From Cellulomonas sp. (GTDB taxonomy: Bacteria; Actinomycetota; Actinomycetes; Actinomycetales; Cellulomonadaceae): 57,433 nt of DNA. Shown here one piece after another: positions 41,739-50,988 of the stretch. Location of the stretch: assembly GCA_022013895.1 (NCBI GenBank), contig JAKLPK010000057.1, forward strand, positions 1 through 57,433, in the 5' to 3' direction. The first letter of the stretch is position 1. The number at the start of each line of letters is the position of its first letter. The position numbers and the translations under genes are program-made. The notes beneath the pieces were generated by a model. That model was given only the letters and a program-made list of their open reading frames with translations, did no database searches and was not told the origin of the DNA.

Positions 41739-42527
41739 TCAGCCGGGCAGCCGCCGCATCGGCGGGAGCCAGGTCGTGGCCCGCTGCGCCGCCCGCGCCA
41801 CGGCCGCCACCTCGGCCGACGAGAGCACCGCCGGGAGAGCGTGGAGCATGCCGGGCAGCTCACCGCGAGGCACGACGAGCGCCCCGCCCGGCCGCGTCCG
41901 GGACTGCGGGTCGAGGCGTCCGACGCCGACCACCGCCCGGACGTCCACCTGGATGCTCCCGGCGTCGCGCAGCAGCCGCTGCACCCGTCGGGCCTGCAGG
42001 TCGACGTCACGCAGCACGCTGGTCGGCTCACCGTCGATCAACAACGTGCCACCGTCCTGGCGCACGACCTGTTCCGAACGGCCGCGTTCGACGATGGTGA
42101 ACGCACCGGGCGGGCCGATCGCCACGTGCTCGCAGGTGGAGCCCTGCAGCCCGATGAGCACATCGTGCAGCACCGTCCACCCGGTGTCCCCCAGCCGCTC
42201 CAACCGGGCCCGGGTGGTCCACTCGCGCCGGGTGCGCGGTGCGCTGGTGCTGCCCACCTCGCCCAGCCACGCGGCCAGCAGGTCCTCGTCGGCCGGGCTC
42301 AGCCCGTCGGACGAGCTGCGCTGGCGCGGTACCGCGAGCTCGGGGACGTCGGCCCGCAGGTACTCCTGGGCGGCGCGGCGCACGGTGTCCTCGTCCTCCA
42401 CGTCGAGCACGTCGACCTGACCACTGGTCAGGTCGACCGAGCCCATCGGCTCGCCCGTGGGCGCGACGACGTACAACCGGTCGGCGCCGTAGCGCCGCCA
42501 TCGTCGGACGGTGAGCACTGCCTGCAC
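41739..42527 (-). CDS. NERD (nuclease-related) domain protein
   Basis: RWRRYG.DRLYV N-terminal module; GWTVLHDV, HVAIGPPG.F. Confidence 0.7.
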   Translation of the reverse strand: MQAVLTVRRWRRYGADRLYVVAPTGEPMGSVDLTSGQVDVLDVEDEDTVRRAAQEYLRADVPELAVPRQRSSSDGLSPADEDLLAAWLGEVGSTSAPRTRREWTTRARLERLGDTGWTVLHDVLIGLQGSTCEHVAIGPPGAFTIVERGRSEQVVRQDGGTLLIDGEPTSVLRDVDLQARRVQRLLRDAGSIQVDVRAVVGVGRLDPQSRTRPGGALVVPRGELPGMLHALPAVLSSAEVAAVARAAQRATTWLPPMRRLPG

Positions 42528-42572
42528 ACCTTGGTTATCGGTCGACCGGGTGCCTGGCTGGAGCGTCCTGCG

Positions 42573-42989
42573 TCACGACTTGCGGACCAGGCCCATCCCC
42601 GGTGCGTCGTCGGGGCGCACCTCGAAGCCCAGACGTTCGTAGAAGGCACGCCGCCCGGCCGCCGCGAACAGCTGGACGTCACGCACCCCACGTTGAGCGC
42701 ACTCCTGGACCAGGGCGCGGACCAGCGCCGCGCCGATGCCCTCGCCCCGTCGGTCCGGCTGCACGACGACCTCGGTGACGAAGGCGTGCAGCGCCCCGTC
42801 GGAGATCACCCGCGCCATGGCGACCGCCCTGCCGTCGTCGTCCCGCGCGACCGCCGCCAGCCACGACCCGGCGAGAGCGCGGACCACGTCCGCACGGCTC
42901 GGCGAACCCCAGCCGGTCGTGGCGTACAGCGCCTCGAACTCGGCGGGGCTGGGCGGCGTGATCAGGTAGTGCACATCCGTCCGGGTCAC
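42573..42989 (-). CDS. GNAT family N-acetyltransferase
   Basis: ARVISDG, VVVQPDRRGEGIG, FYERLGF. Confidence 0.85.
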   Translation of the reverse strand: MTRTDVHYLITPPSPAEFEALYATTGWGSPSRADVVRALAGSWLAAVARDDDGRAVAMARVISDGALHAFVTEVVVQPDRRGEGIGAALVRALVQECAQRGVRDVQLFAAAGRRAFYERLGFEVRPDDAPGMGLVRKS

Positions 42990-43028
42990 GCACCGCACCG
43001 TAGCGGCCACCCGGACGGCGGCAGACGG

Positions 43029-43862
43029 TCAGCCCTGCCCGGGCCGTCCGACCCAGTCCAGCCACGCCTGCACGCCGTCACCGGTGCGGGCCGACATCTC
43101 GATGACCGTGGCCTGCGGGTTCACGGCCGTCAGGTTCGCGCGGAACAGGTCCATGTCGAAGTCAAGGTAGGGCGCCAGGTCCATCTTGTTGACCACGACG
43201 GCGCCGACCGAGCGGAACATCACCGGGTACTTGAGCGGTTTGTCCTCGCCCTCGGTGATCGAGTACACCATCGCCTTGCGGTGCTCCCCGACCTCGAACT
43301 CCGCCGGGCACACCAGGTTGCCGACGTTCTCGATGAGCACCAGGTCGAGGGCGTCCAGGTCGAGGCCGCGCAGGGCACGGGCGACCATCGGGGCGTCCAG
43401 GTGGCACTCGCCGCCGAACCCGTTCCCGGTGTTGAGCAGCGAGATCTGGGCACCGAGCCCGCCCAGCCGCTCGGCGTCCAGCGGGGTCTCGATATCGCCT
43501 TCGACGACGCCGACCCGCACCGTGCCCTGCAGAGCGGCCAGGGTGCGCGCCAGCAGCGTGGTCTTGCCGGAGCCGGGTGAGCTCATGAGGTTGATCGCGT
43601 GCACCCCGGCGGCGTCGAGCGCGGCACGGTTCGCGGCCGCCAGCCGGTCGTTCTCGGCGTAGATGTCCTCGAGGATCTCGATGCGTTCGCGGCCGGTGAC
43701 GTAACCGGAGTGGTCACCGATCAGCTCGGCGAGCTCGACCGGGTCGCGGTCCGGTGCACCGTCGTGCGGGTGCACGTGCTCGTCGTGGTCGTGCTCGTGC
43801 TCGCTCCCGTCGTGCTCGTGGGAGTGGACGGTGCCGTCGTCATGACGGTGAAAGCGCCCCAT
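43029..43862 (-). CDS. hypB: hydrogenase nickel incorporation GTPase with His-rich N-terminus
   Basis: SSPGSGKTT, CHLDA, ENVGNLVCPAEF, EGEDKPLKYP, NKMD. Confidence 0.95.
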   Translation of the reverse strand: MGRFHRHDDGTVHSHEHDGSEHEHDHDEHVHPHDGAPDRDPVELAELIGDHSGYVTGRERIEILEDIYAENDRLAAANRAALDAAGVHAINLMSSPGSGKTTLLARTLAALQGTVRVGVVEGDIETPLDAERLGGLGAQISLLNTGNGFGGECHLDAPMVARALRGLDLDALDLVLIENVGNLVCPAEFEVGEHRKAMVYSITEGEDKPLKYPVMFRSVGAVVVNKMDLAPYLDFDMDLFRANLTAVNPQATVIEMSARTGDGVQAWLDWVGRPGQG

Positions 43863-44256
43863 CGGGAAGTCCTCTCTGTGCATCGTCGCCGACCGGCCCG
43901 GCAGGGGCGGGCGGCATCTCGTCGTGGACATCGACCGCGGTGAGGACGAACTCCTCGCCGCTCATCAGGTGCGTACGGGCGGACCCGCACGCCGGGCAGC
44001 TGAACCCCAGGCCGGGCCCGAGCCGGGTGCGCACCGCGCAGTCGTCGCACCGCAGGACGGCGGGGACGTGGTCGAGTGCCAGCGCCGACCCGGACAGCGG
44101 GGTGCCGCGCACGACGAACGTCCAGGCGTACTCCAGCGCCTCCGGGACCACCTGCCGCAGCTCACCCACCCGCAGGTAGACGGTCTCGACCGGCCGGCCG
44201 CCGGTCGCACGTGTGACCGCGGCAGCCAGCTGGCGGCACAGCGACACCTCGTGCAC
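43840..44256 (-). CDS. hypA: hydrogenase maturation nickel metallochaperone
   Basis: MHE N-terminus (GTG start), CDDC and CPAC, GEEF. Confidence 0.9.
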   Translation of the reverse strand: MHEVSLCRQLAAAVTRATGGRPVETVYLRVGELRQVVPEALEYAWTFVVRGTPLSGSALALDHVPAVLRCDDCAVRTRLGPGLGFSCPACGSARTHLMSGEEFVLTAVDVHDEMPPAPAGPVGDDAQRGLPDGALSPS

Positions 44257-44399
44257 CAGAACCGGCCCTTCCCTCAGATGCGCCGTTGCGTGGGCCGTCG
44301 TCCGACGGACCCCGAAGGTCTGCCAGTGTTCCACAGGCCCCACCCCGGCCCGCGGCTGCGGACCGGTACGCAGGGTCCTGCGCCGAACGCGGTCCGACC

Positions 44400-44474
44400 G
44401 GGACGAAAGTCCTGGTCAGTCCGCCGATATCACGGCCCAGACTTGGCCCGAAAGTCCCACGTCGTCGCTAGGCT
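44400..44474 (+). promoter_or_regulatory. two DosR-like boxes and a -10 element upstream of the hydrogenase operon
   Basis: GGGACGAAAGTCCT (44400-44413), GGCCCGAAAGTCCC (44445-44458), TAGGCT (44469-44474). Confidence 0.6.
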
Positions 44475-44562
44475 GCGCACCGATGTGGGCCTCAATACCC
44501 GTGACGCAGCGACGCGGTACGGGGCCCGGCGGCGCCGGAGAGCCAAAGGAGGGTCTCTACTG

Positions 44563-45810
44563 ATGTCCTACGAGCCGAACGGGTGGCAGGAGTCAACTCT
44601 CGGGGAGAACCTCGCACGGGCGGGGGTCAAGAGACGGGACTTCCTGAAGTTCTGCGGCGGGCTGGCCGCGGTGTTCGCACTGGGCAACCACGCCACCGAC
44701 ACCGCCCACGCCGCCCCCGTGACCGCCGAGCAGATCGCCGACCAGCTCAGCGCGCTCACCAAGCCCAATGTCGTGTGGCTCCAGCTCCAGGAGTGCACCG
44801 GCTGCATGGAGAGCACGTTGCGCTCGGGCGGCACCACGGTCGAGGAGGTGATCCTCAACCTGCTCTCGGTCAACTACAACGAGCTCGTGATGGCCGCCTC
44901 CGGCGCCGCAGCCAACAAGGCCCTCGACGACACCAACGCCGAACCGCACATCCTGGTCGTCAACGGGTCGATCCCGCTCGGGGCGAACGGCGCCTACTGC
45001 ACCATCGGCGGCAAGTCCGCCGAGCAGGTGCTGCGCGAGTCGGCCGAGAACGCCACCGCGATCCTGGCGGTCGGCGCCTGCGCGGTCTGGGGTTCGGTCC
45101 AGGCGTCCAAGCCGAACCCGACCGGTGCCGTCGGTGTCGACGCGATCATCACCGACAAACCCGTCATCAACGTCTCCGGCTGCCCGCCGATCGGCGAGGT
45201 CATCACGGCCACCGTCGCCTACATCCTCACCCACGACGACCTGCCGAAGACCGACTCCGAGGGCCGCCCGCTGTTCGCCTACGACCAGCGGATCCACGAC
45301 TCGTGCCCGCGTCGGGCCCACTTCGACGCCGGTGAGTTCGTGCGCACCTTCGACGACGCGGGAGCCCGCAACGGCTGGTGCCTGTACGAGGTGGGCTGCA
45401 AGGGTCCGAGCACCTTCAGCGCCTGCCCGGTCATCCAGTGGAACCTGCACACCAGCTGGCCGATCGGTGCCGGGCACCCGTGCATCGGCTGCACCGAGAA
45501 GGACTTCTTCGACCGGTTCACACCCTTCTACCAGACGCTGCCCGATGTCACCGGGCTGGGTGTCGAGGCCACGGCCCAGCAGGTGGGCTGGGGACTGGTC
45601 GGTGCGACCGTCGCCGGGGTCGGCCTGCATGCCGGTGTCACCGCCGCCCGCCGCGCCTCCGCGACCCGGACGCAGGTCGACACCCCGCTCCGCGCGTTCG
45701 GCGACTCGACCGTGTGGCTGCCGACACCGTCCAGCCGTCGTCCAGAACCACCGGCCACACCACCGGCCGCCGCACCGCAGACCACCGACGAGCCCGGAAA
45801 GGCGGAGTAG
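44563..45810 (+). CDS. [NiFe] uptake hydrogenase small subunit (Tat-exported, C-terminal anchor)
   Basis: KRRDFLK Tat motif; ECTGC, GCPP, HDSCPRR, WCL..VGCKGP, HPCIGC; AAGGAGG RBS. Confidence 0.93.
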   Translation: MSYEPNGWQESTLGENLARAGVKRRDFLKFCGGLAAVFALGNHATDTAHAAPVTAEQIADQLSALTKPNVVWLQLQECTGCMESTLRSGGTTVEEVILNLLSVNYNELVMAASGAAANKALDDTNAEPHILVVNGSIPLGANGAYCTIGGKSAEQVLRESAENATAILAVGACAVWGSVQASKPNPTGAVGVDAIITDKPVINVSGCPPIGEVITATVAYILTHDDLPKTDSEGRPLFAYDQRIHDSCPRRAHFDAGEFVRTFDDAGARNGWCLYEVGCKGPSTFSACPVIQWNLHTSWPIGAGHPCIGCTEKDFFDRFTPFYQTLPDVTGLGVEATAQQVGWGLVGATVAGVGLHAGVTAARRASATRTQVDTPLRAFGDSTVWLPTPSSRRPEPPATPPAAAPQTTDEPGKAE

Positions 45811-45813
45811 CTC

Positions 45814-47559
45814 ATGTCCGAGCGCGTCGTCATCGACCCCCTCACCCGCATCGAGGGCCACCTGCGCATCGAGCTGGAGACCGACGGGTCGGCCATCAGC
45901 ACGGCGTGGAGCGAGACCACCCAGTTCCGCGGCATCGAGACCATCGTCGCCGGCCGCGACCCCCGTGACGTGTGGGCCTTCGTGCAGCGCATCTGCGGGG
46001 TGTGCACCTCGGTGCACGCCATCGCCTCGATCAACGCCGTCGAGAACGCGATCGGGTCGAACCCGCCGGAGCAGGCCCGGCTGATCCGCGACATGGTGCT
46101 GGCCTCGCAAGCGGTCCAGGACCACGTCATCCACTTCTACCACCTGCACGCGCTGGACTGGGTGAACGTCCCCTCGGCCGCCACGGCGGACCCGCAGGCC
46201 GCGGTCGACTTCGCGAAGGCGATCGGCTCCACCTGGAAGGGCAACACCCTGGAGCGGATGACGGCGGTGCGCGACACCGTCCAGGGCATCCTGGACTCCG
46301 GTCAGCTCACCATCTTCACCGGCGGCTACTGGGACCACCCCGACTACCGGCTGCCCCCCGAGGCCAACCTCATGGCTGTGGCGCACTACCTGGACGCGCT
46401 GGAGTTCCAGCGCTCGATGATCCGTATCGGCACCGTGTTCGGCGGCAAGAACCCGCACCCGAACTTCCTGGTGGGCGGGATGGCCTGCACCATCGACCCG
46501 GACAAGTCCGAGTCGATCAACCAGGTCCAGGTCGACCAGATCGCCGACTGGATCGCCGAGACCTCCGAGTTCGTCCACAGCTGCTACCTGCCGGACGCGC
46601 TGGCCATCCTCGGGGTGTACCCCGACTACTTCGACATCGGCGCGGCCCAGCCGAACTACCTGGCCGTGGGCATGTCCGGTGCAACCTTCGCCGGGGACCC
46701 GACCACCTCGCGGCTGAGCTCACCGTTCACCGAGGTCAAGCCGGGCGTCATCCTGGACGGCGATCTGGGTACCGTGCACGACTTCGACCCGTCGAAGATC
46801 GCGGAGTACGTGAGCTCGGCCTGGTACACGTACGCCGACGGTGCGACGGCCCTACCCCCGGACGCGGGTGAGACGACCCCCGTCTACACCGGCCCGACGC
46901 CGCCCTTCGAGTGGGTGGCCGACAGCGCGGACGGCAAGTACACCTGGTGCAAGGCGCCGCGCTACGACGGACGGGCCATGCAGGTCGGGCCGATCGCGCG
47001 GGTGCTGCTGGCCTACGCCCAGGGCCACGCCCGGACCAAGGAGCTGGTCGACGGTGCCGCGACGAGGTACGGCATCACGCTGGACAAGCTCAACTCCACC
47101 GCGGGCCGCACCCTGGCCCGTGCGGTGGAATGCGTCACCTCGGCGGAGATGCTGGCCGACACGACGTTCCCGACCTTCGTGGCCAACCTGAAGAAGGGCG
47201 ACATCGACGTCTTCGACGCCTCCCGCTGGGAGCCGTCGACCTGGCCCGCGGAGGCCTCCGGCTACTCGTTCGTCGAGGTCGCCCGAGGCAACCTCAGCCA
47301 CTGGGTGACCATCAAGGACGGCAAGGTCGACCGGTACCAGGCCGTCGTCCCCACCACCTGGCTCGCCGGCGGTCGCGACGACGACGGGGCGCAGGGACCG
47401 TACGAGGAGTCGTTGGCCGGCAACGGCAAGCACCCGCTGGTCGATCCGAGCCAGCCGCTCGAGCCGCTGCGCACCATCCACTCGTTCGACCCGTGCATGT
47501 CCTGCGCCGTCCACGTGCTCGACGTCGACGGCACCGAGCTCGGGATCGCGACGTCGTGA
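45814..47559 (+). CDS. [NiFe] hydrogenase group 1 large subunit
   Basis: TRIEGH, L1 QRICGVCTSVH, L2 SFDPCMSCAVH plus cleavable C-terminal tail. Confidence 0.95.
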   Translation: MSERVVIDPLTRIEGHLRIELETDGSAISTAWSETTQFRGIETIVAGRDPRDVWAFVQRICGVCTSVHAIASINAVENAIGSNPPEQARLIRDMVLASQAVQDHVIHFYHLHALDWVNVPSAATADPQAAVDFAKAIGSTWKGNTLERMTAVRDTVQGILDSGQLTIFTGGYWDHPDYRLPPEANLMAVAHYLDALEFQRSMIRIGTVFGGKNPHPNFLVGGMACTIDPDKSESINQVQVDQIADWIAETSEFVHSCYLPDALAILGVYPDYFDIGAAQPNYLAVGMSGATFAGDPTTSRLSSPFTEVKPGVILDGDLGTVHDFDPSKIAEYVSSAWYTYADGATALPPDAGETTPVYTGPTPPFEWVADSADGKYTWCKAPRYDGRAMQVGPIARVLLAYAQGHARTKELVDGAATRYGITLDKLNSTAGRTLARAVECVTSAEMLADTTFPTFVANLKKGDIDVFDASRWEPSTWPAEASGYSFVEVARGNLSHWVTIKDGKVDRYQAVVPTTWLAGGRDDDGAQGPYEESLAGNGKHPLVDPSQPLEPLRTIHSFDPCMSCAVHVLDVDGTELGIATS

Positions 47560-48791
47560 CCACCTCCGAGCGGACGCCGACCTCACCGGACGCCGAGGAA
47601 CAACCCACCCCGAGGCTCGAGGCGGGTGACGTGGTCAGCGTCGGCGGTCTGAGCCACCGGCGGGTCCTCGCACTGGCCGCAGCCGCGGCCCCGGGCAGCG
47701 ACGACCCGGTGGACCAGCTGATGATCGCGGCGCTGCGCGAGGACCACCCCGCGATCCCGGTGCCGACGGTGGACCCGGCCGATGTCGACCCGCCCCGCGA
47801 GGACCGCAGGTACAGCCTCACCCGGGTGCGTGCGCTGCAGGTCACCGACGGCTCGACGCGCGACGTCGTGATCATGCGCGGTGACCTGCGCGCCGTGATG
47901 GGCGCCTCGAGCGCGAACCGGGAGAACCGCAGCCTGCTGCGCAAGAACGCGCTGCACGGCGTCGAGCACGGCTGGCGCCCGCTGGTCATCGCCGCGGCGC
48001 CCGTGGCCGCCGACGGCAGCGTCGGTGGGTTCGTGCTGCAGGGCTTCGTGAACCTGCGCCCGATCGGCGGCGGCGAGGACGAGGTGACGAGCGAGGAGAG
48101 CTACACGCGCGTCGACGTCTGGTCGATCTCGTTGCGCCTGCAGCACTGGCTCAACGTCTTCCTCATCGTGGTGCTGAGCCTGTCCGGCTACTACATCATG
48201 GACCCGTTCTTCGGGCCGACCCCGGCGGCCTCGGGCCGCACCGGCTACCTCATGGGGTACGTCCGGCTCATCCACTTCAGCGCAGCGTTCGCCTGGCTGC
48301 TCGTCGGCGCCACCCGTGTCGTGTCGGCGTTCACCTCCCGCGACCGCTACCTGCGGTGGCCCACGTTGTGGCCGCTGAAGTCGAAGAAGGATGTGCGCAA
48401 CCTCGGGCGCGTGGTCAAGCACTACGCGTTCCTGCGCGACGAGGGGCCGCTGTACCTCGCGCACAACCCGCTCCAGCAGCTCGCCTACACCGGCCTGTAC
48501 CTGGCCGGTGGTCTGCAGATGCTGGTCGGCTTCTCGCTGTACGCGCTCTACAAGCAGACCAGCCCGTTCTGGCAGGTCGTGGCCACCCCGACGCACTGGA
48601 TCGGGATCGGCCCGGTGCGACTGGTGCACACCATGCTGATGTTCGCGCTCTGGGCCTTCGCGATCGGGCACATCTACCTTGCGGTGCGCGCCGACTCGCT
48701 GGACCGCCACGGCGGCGTGTCCTCGATGATCAACGGCGGCGTGTGGCTGCGCCGGGGCTCCAAGCCCGTCGACAGCCCGAAGGTCGGATGA
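47556..48791 (+). CDS. Ni/Fe hydrogenase b-type cytochrome subunit with ~180-aa extra N-terminal soluble domain
   Basis: GTGA overlap; LRLQHW, RLIHF, HNPLQQLAY, RLVH, HIYL, SSMING. Confidence 0.88.
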   Translation: MTTSERTPTSPDAEEQPTPRLEAGDVVSVGGLSHRRVLALAAAAAPGSDDPVDQLMIAALREDHPAIPVPTVDPADVDPPREDRRYSLTRVRALQVTDGSTRDVVIMRGDLRAVMGASSANRENRSLLRKNALHGVEHGWRPLVIAAAPVAADGSVGGFVLQGFVNLRPIGGGEDEVTSEESYTRVDVWSISLRLQHWLNVFLIVVLSLSGYYIMDPFFGPTPAASGRTGYLMGYVRLIHFSAAFAWLLVGATRVVSAFTSRDRYLRWPTLWPLKSKKDVRNLGRVVKHYAFLRDEGPLYLAHNPLQQLAYTGLYLAGGLQMLVGFSLYALYKQTSPFWQVVATPTHWIGIGPVRLVHTMLMFALWAFAIGHIYLAVRADSLDRHGGVSSMINGGVWLRRGSKPVDSPKVG

Positions 48792-49318
48792 GCGGCACGA
48801 GCCCCGAGCAGGTCCACCCCCAGATCACGGTGCTCGGGGTCGGCAACACGATCATGGCCGACGACGGTGCCGGTCTGGAGCTGCTCACGCTCATCGGCCA
48901 GGCCCGGCCCGACGCCCGGGTCGAGTACGTCGACGGCTGGACCGGCGGGATGGAGCTGGTGCCCGTCGTCCAGGAGGCCGGACGACTGCTCATCCTGGAC
49001 GCCGTCGCCGGCCGCGTCCCGGGGACCGTGGTGCACCTGACGGGTGACCAGATCCCGCGGATGCTGCAGGCCAAGCTCTCGCCGCACCAGGTCGGTCTGC
49101 TCGACGTGCTGACCGCCGCCCGGATGCTGGGCCGGGAACCCGAGCAGATCGAGGTGGTGGGGATCGTCCCCGAGGTGGTGGACCTGCGGCTCGGTCTCAG
49201 CGACCCGGTGACTGCGGCGCTCCCCGCCGCGGTCGAGACCGCCGTCGAGGTGCTCGACCGCTGGTTCGCCGAGCTCGGTGCGGCCGTGACCGGCGCCGGA
49301 CCGGTGCCTCAGTCGTGA
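48788..49318 (+). CDS. hydrogenase maturation endopeptidase (HyaD/HybD family)
   Basis: LGVGNTIMADDGAG, ILDAV, SPHQ. Confidence 0.9.
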   Translation: MSGTSPEQVHPQITVLGVGNTIMADDGAGLELLTLIGQARPDARVEYVDGWTGGMELVPVVQEAGRLLILDAVAGRVPGTVVHLTGDQIPRMLQAKLSPHQVGLLDVLTAARMLGREPEQIEVVGIVPEVVDLRLGLSDPVTAALPAAVETAVEVLDRWFAELGAAVTGAGPVPQS

Positions 49319-49668
49319 CCAGGCACCCCCAGATCGGCGAACGCCACGGCGAACTCCCGGCCACGCACCAGGTTCCCCGACGGGGTGCCGCACACCGGGC
49401 ACAGCAGGGCGTAGAACTCGTCGACCGGCTGGTCGCATGCACAACCGGGGCACCAGATCGCGGCCTGCACGGTCTCGATCTCCAACCGCGCACCGGCCAC
49501 CACGGTCTCGGCCGTGGCCATCGGCCAGGCACCCTCCAGCGCGAGCGGCTCCGCCCCGCTGAGGGTGCCGACCCGCAGACCGACCGCCTCGACACCCGTG
49601 GCGCCAGCGGTGGCTGCAGCGCGCTCGACGGCCGTGACGACCGAGCGCAGGAGACCGAGCTCGTGCAT
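49309..49668 (-). CDS. hypA: second HypA nickel metallochaperone
   Basis: MHELGL, CPGC and CPVC, GREF. Confidence 0.88.
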   Translation of the reverse strand: MHELGLLRSVVTAVERAAATAGATGVEAVGLRVGTLSGAEPLALEGAWPMATAETVVAGARLEIETVQAAIWCPGCACDQPVDEFYALLCPVCGTPSGNLVRGREFAVAFADLGVPGHD

Positions 49669-49709
49669 CCCGTCATCGTGGCACGCCCTGCGACGAGCCG
49701 GGTGCCGGT

Positions 49710-50987
49710 ATGACCCGCCGCCTCATGCTCGACGAGATCGTCGACGCGGCCGGCGCGCGGGTGATCGTCGAACGGGACGATGCCGGCCGGGCCCGGTCCG
49801 CACGGTTCGATCTCGCGGGGCTGCCGCGGGTGGACCCGCTGCTCGTCGGGCGACCGGTGGACGGGGTCCCGTCGCTGGTCGAGCGGCTGTGCGGCATCTG
49901 CCCCGCCGCGCACCACCTGGCGGGGGTGCGGGCCCTCGAAGGGCTGGCCGGTCTCGCACCGCTGCCCGCCACGGCCACGGCGGTCCGTCGGCTGCTGCAC
50001 CACGGATCGGCCGTCGACACCCACGCCGTGCGGATGCTCACCACCGACCGCGACGACGCCGCACTGCTGCGCGTCTTCGGGCGGGCGGCGCTGGCGGCGG
50101 CCGGGTCCCCCGGCCACTTCCCGGTGACCGCGGTCCCCGGCGGGGTCACGACCGCCGTCACCCGGCCGGCTCGGGACGCGCTGGCCGATCAGCTCGATGA
50201 CGCGCTCGCGGCTGCCGGGCGGATCGCCCGACGGGCGCTCGCCGTCGACGGGACAGTGGACCCCTTCGACGGCGCGGACGCCGCGCTCGTCGACGCCGCA
50301 GGACGCCCCGACCTGCTCGGTGAGCTGCTGCGGGTGGTCGGTGCCGACGGCACGGTGATCGAGGCCGGTGCACCGGCAACCCGCTGGGACGGGCTCGTGG
50401 CCGAGGCGGTGCCCGGTGACCCGGCGCCGCGCCCCTACCTGGTGGCCCTCGGCCCGCAGCGCGGTCGGTACCGGGTCGGGCCCGTGGCCCAGCTCCGGAT
50501 CGGCCCGCTCACCACCCCGGTCGCCGCCGGGTTGCAGGAGCAGTGGCTGGCCACCGGTGGCGGCGCGCATGCCGCGCGCGCGGTGATGACCGTGCACAGC
50601 GTCGAGGCGATCGGCGTGCTGCTCGGCCAGGGCGCTCTGGTGCGCGGGCCGGTGGCCCGACCGGTCGCAGGTTTCGCCCGGAACCCGGTCGGCGTCGGTT
50701 GGGTGGACGGTCCGCGCGGACTGCTCGTCCACCGCTACGCGGCCGATGGCGACGGAACGGTCACATCGGCCACGATCCTCACCCCGACGGCCCAGAACGA
50801 GCCCTGGTTGGCCGAGCTGCTCGCCGCGGCGGCCGCGGTCGGCTCCGACGGCGAGGCATCATCGACCTCGGGCATGGAGGACGCGATCCGCGAGGCCGAT
50901 CCGTGCCTGCCCTGCTCCTCGGCCCCGGCCGGCGGGATGGGACTGCAGGTCGAGACCGTGGCACCACCGACGAACGGGAGCGCGTGA
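49710..50987 (+). CDS. divergent [NiFe]-hydrogenase large-subunit-like protein
   Basis: RLCGICPAAH, YRVGPVA, PRGLLVHRY, PTAQN, DPCLPC. Confidence 0.75.
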   Translation: MTRRLMLDEIVDAAGARVIVERDDAGRARSARFDLAGLPRVDPLLVGRPVDGVPSLVERLCGICPAAHHLAGVRALEGLAGLAPLPATATAVRRLLHHGSAVDTHAVRMLTTDRDDAALLRVFGRAALAAAGSPGHFPVTAVPGGVTTAVTRPARDALADQLDDALAAAGRIARRALAVDGTVDPFDGADAALVDAAGRPDLLGELLRVVGADGTVIEAGAPATRWDGLVAEAVPGDPAPRPYLVALGPQRGRYRVGPVAQLRIGPLTTPVAAGLQEQWLATGGGAHAARAVMTVHSVEAIGVLLGQGALVRGPVARPVAGFARNPVGVGWVDGPRGLLVHRYAADGDGTVTSATILTPTAQNEPWLAELLAAAAAVGSDGEASSTSGMEDAIREADPCLPCSSAPAGGMGLQVETVAPPTNGSA

Positions 50988-50988
50988 C

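Noticed and set aside
40341-43580. 1079-aa plus-strand ORF
   Set aside because: Antisense shadow across several well-supported minus-strand genes; Arg/Ala/Pro-rich with no motifs; long spurious ORFs are expected at this GC content
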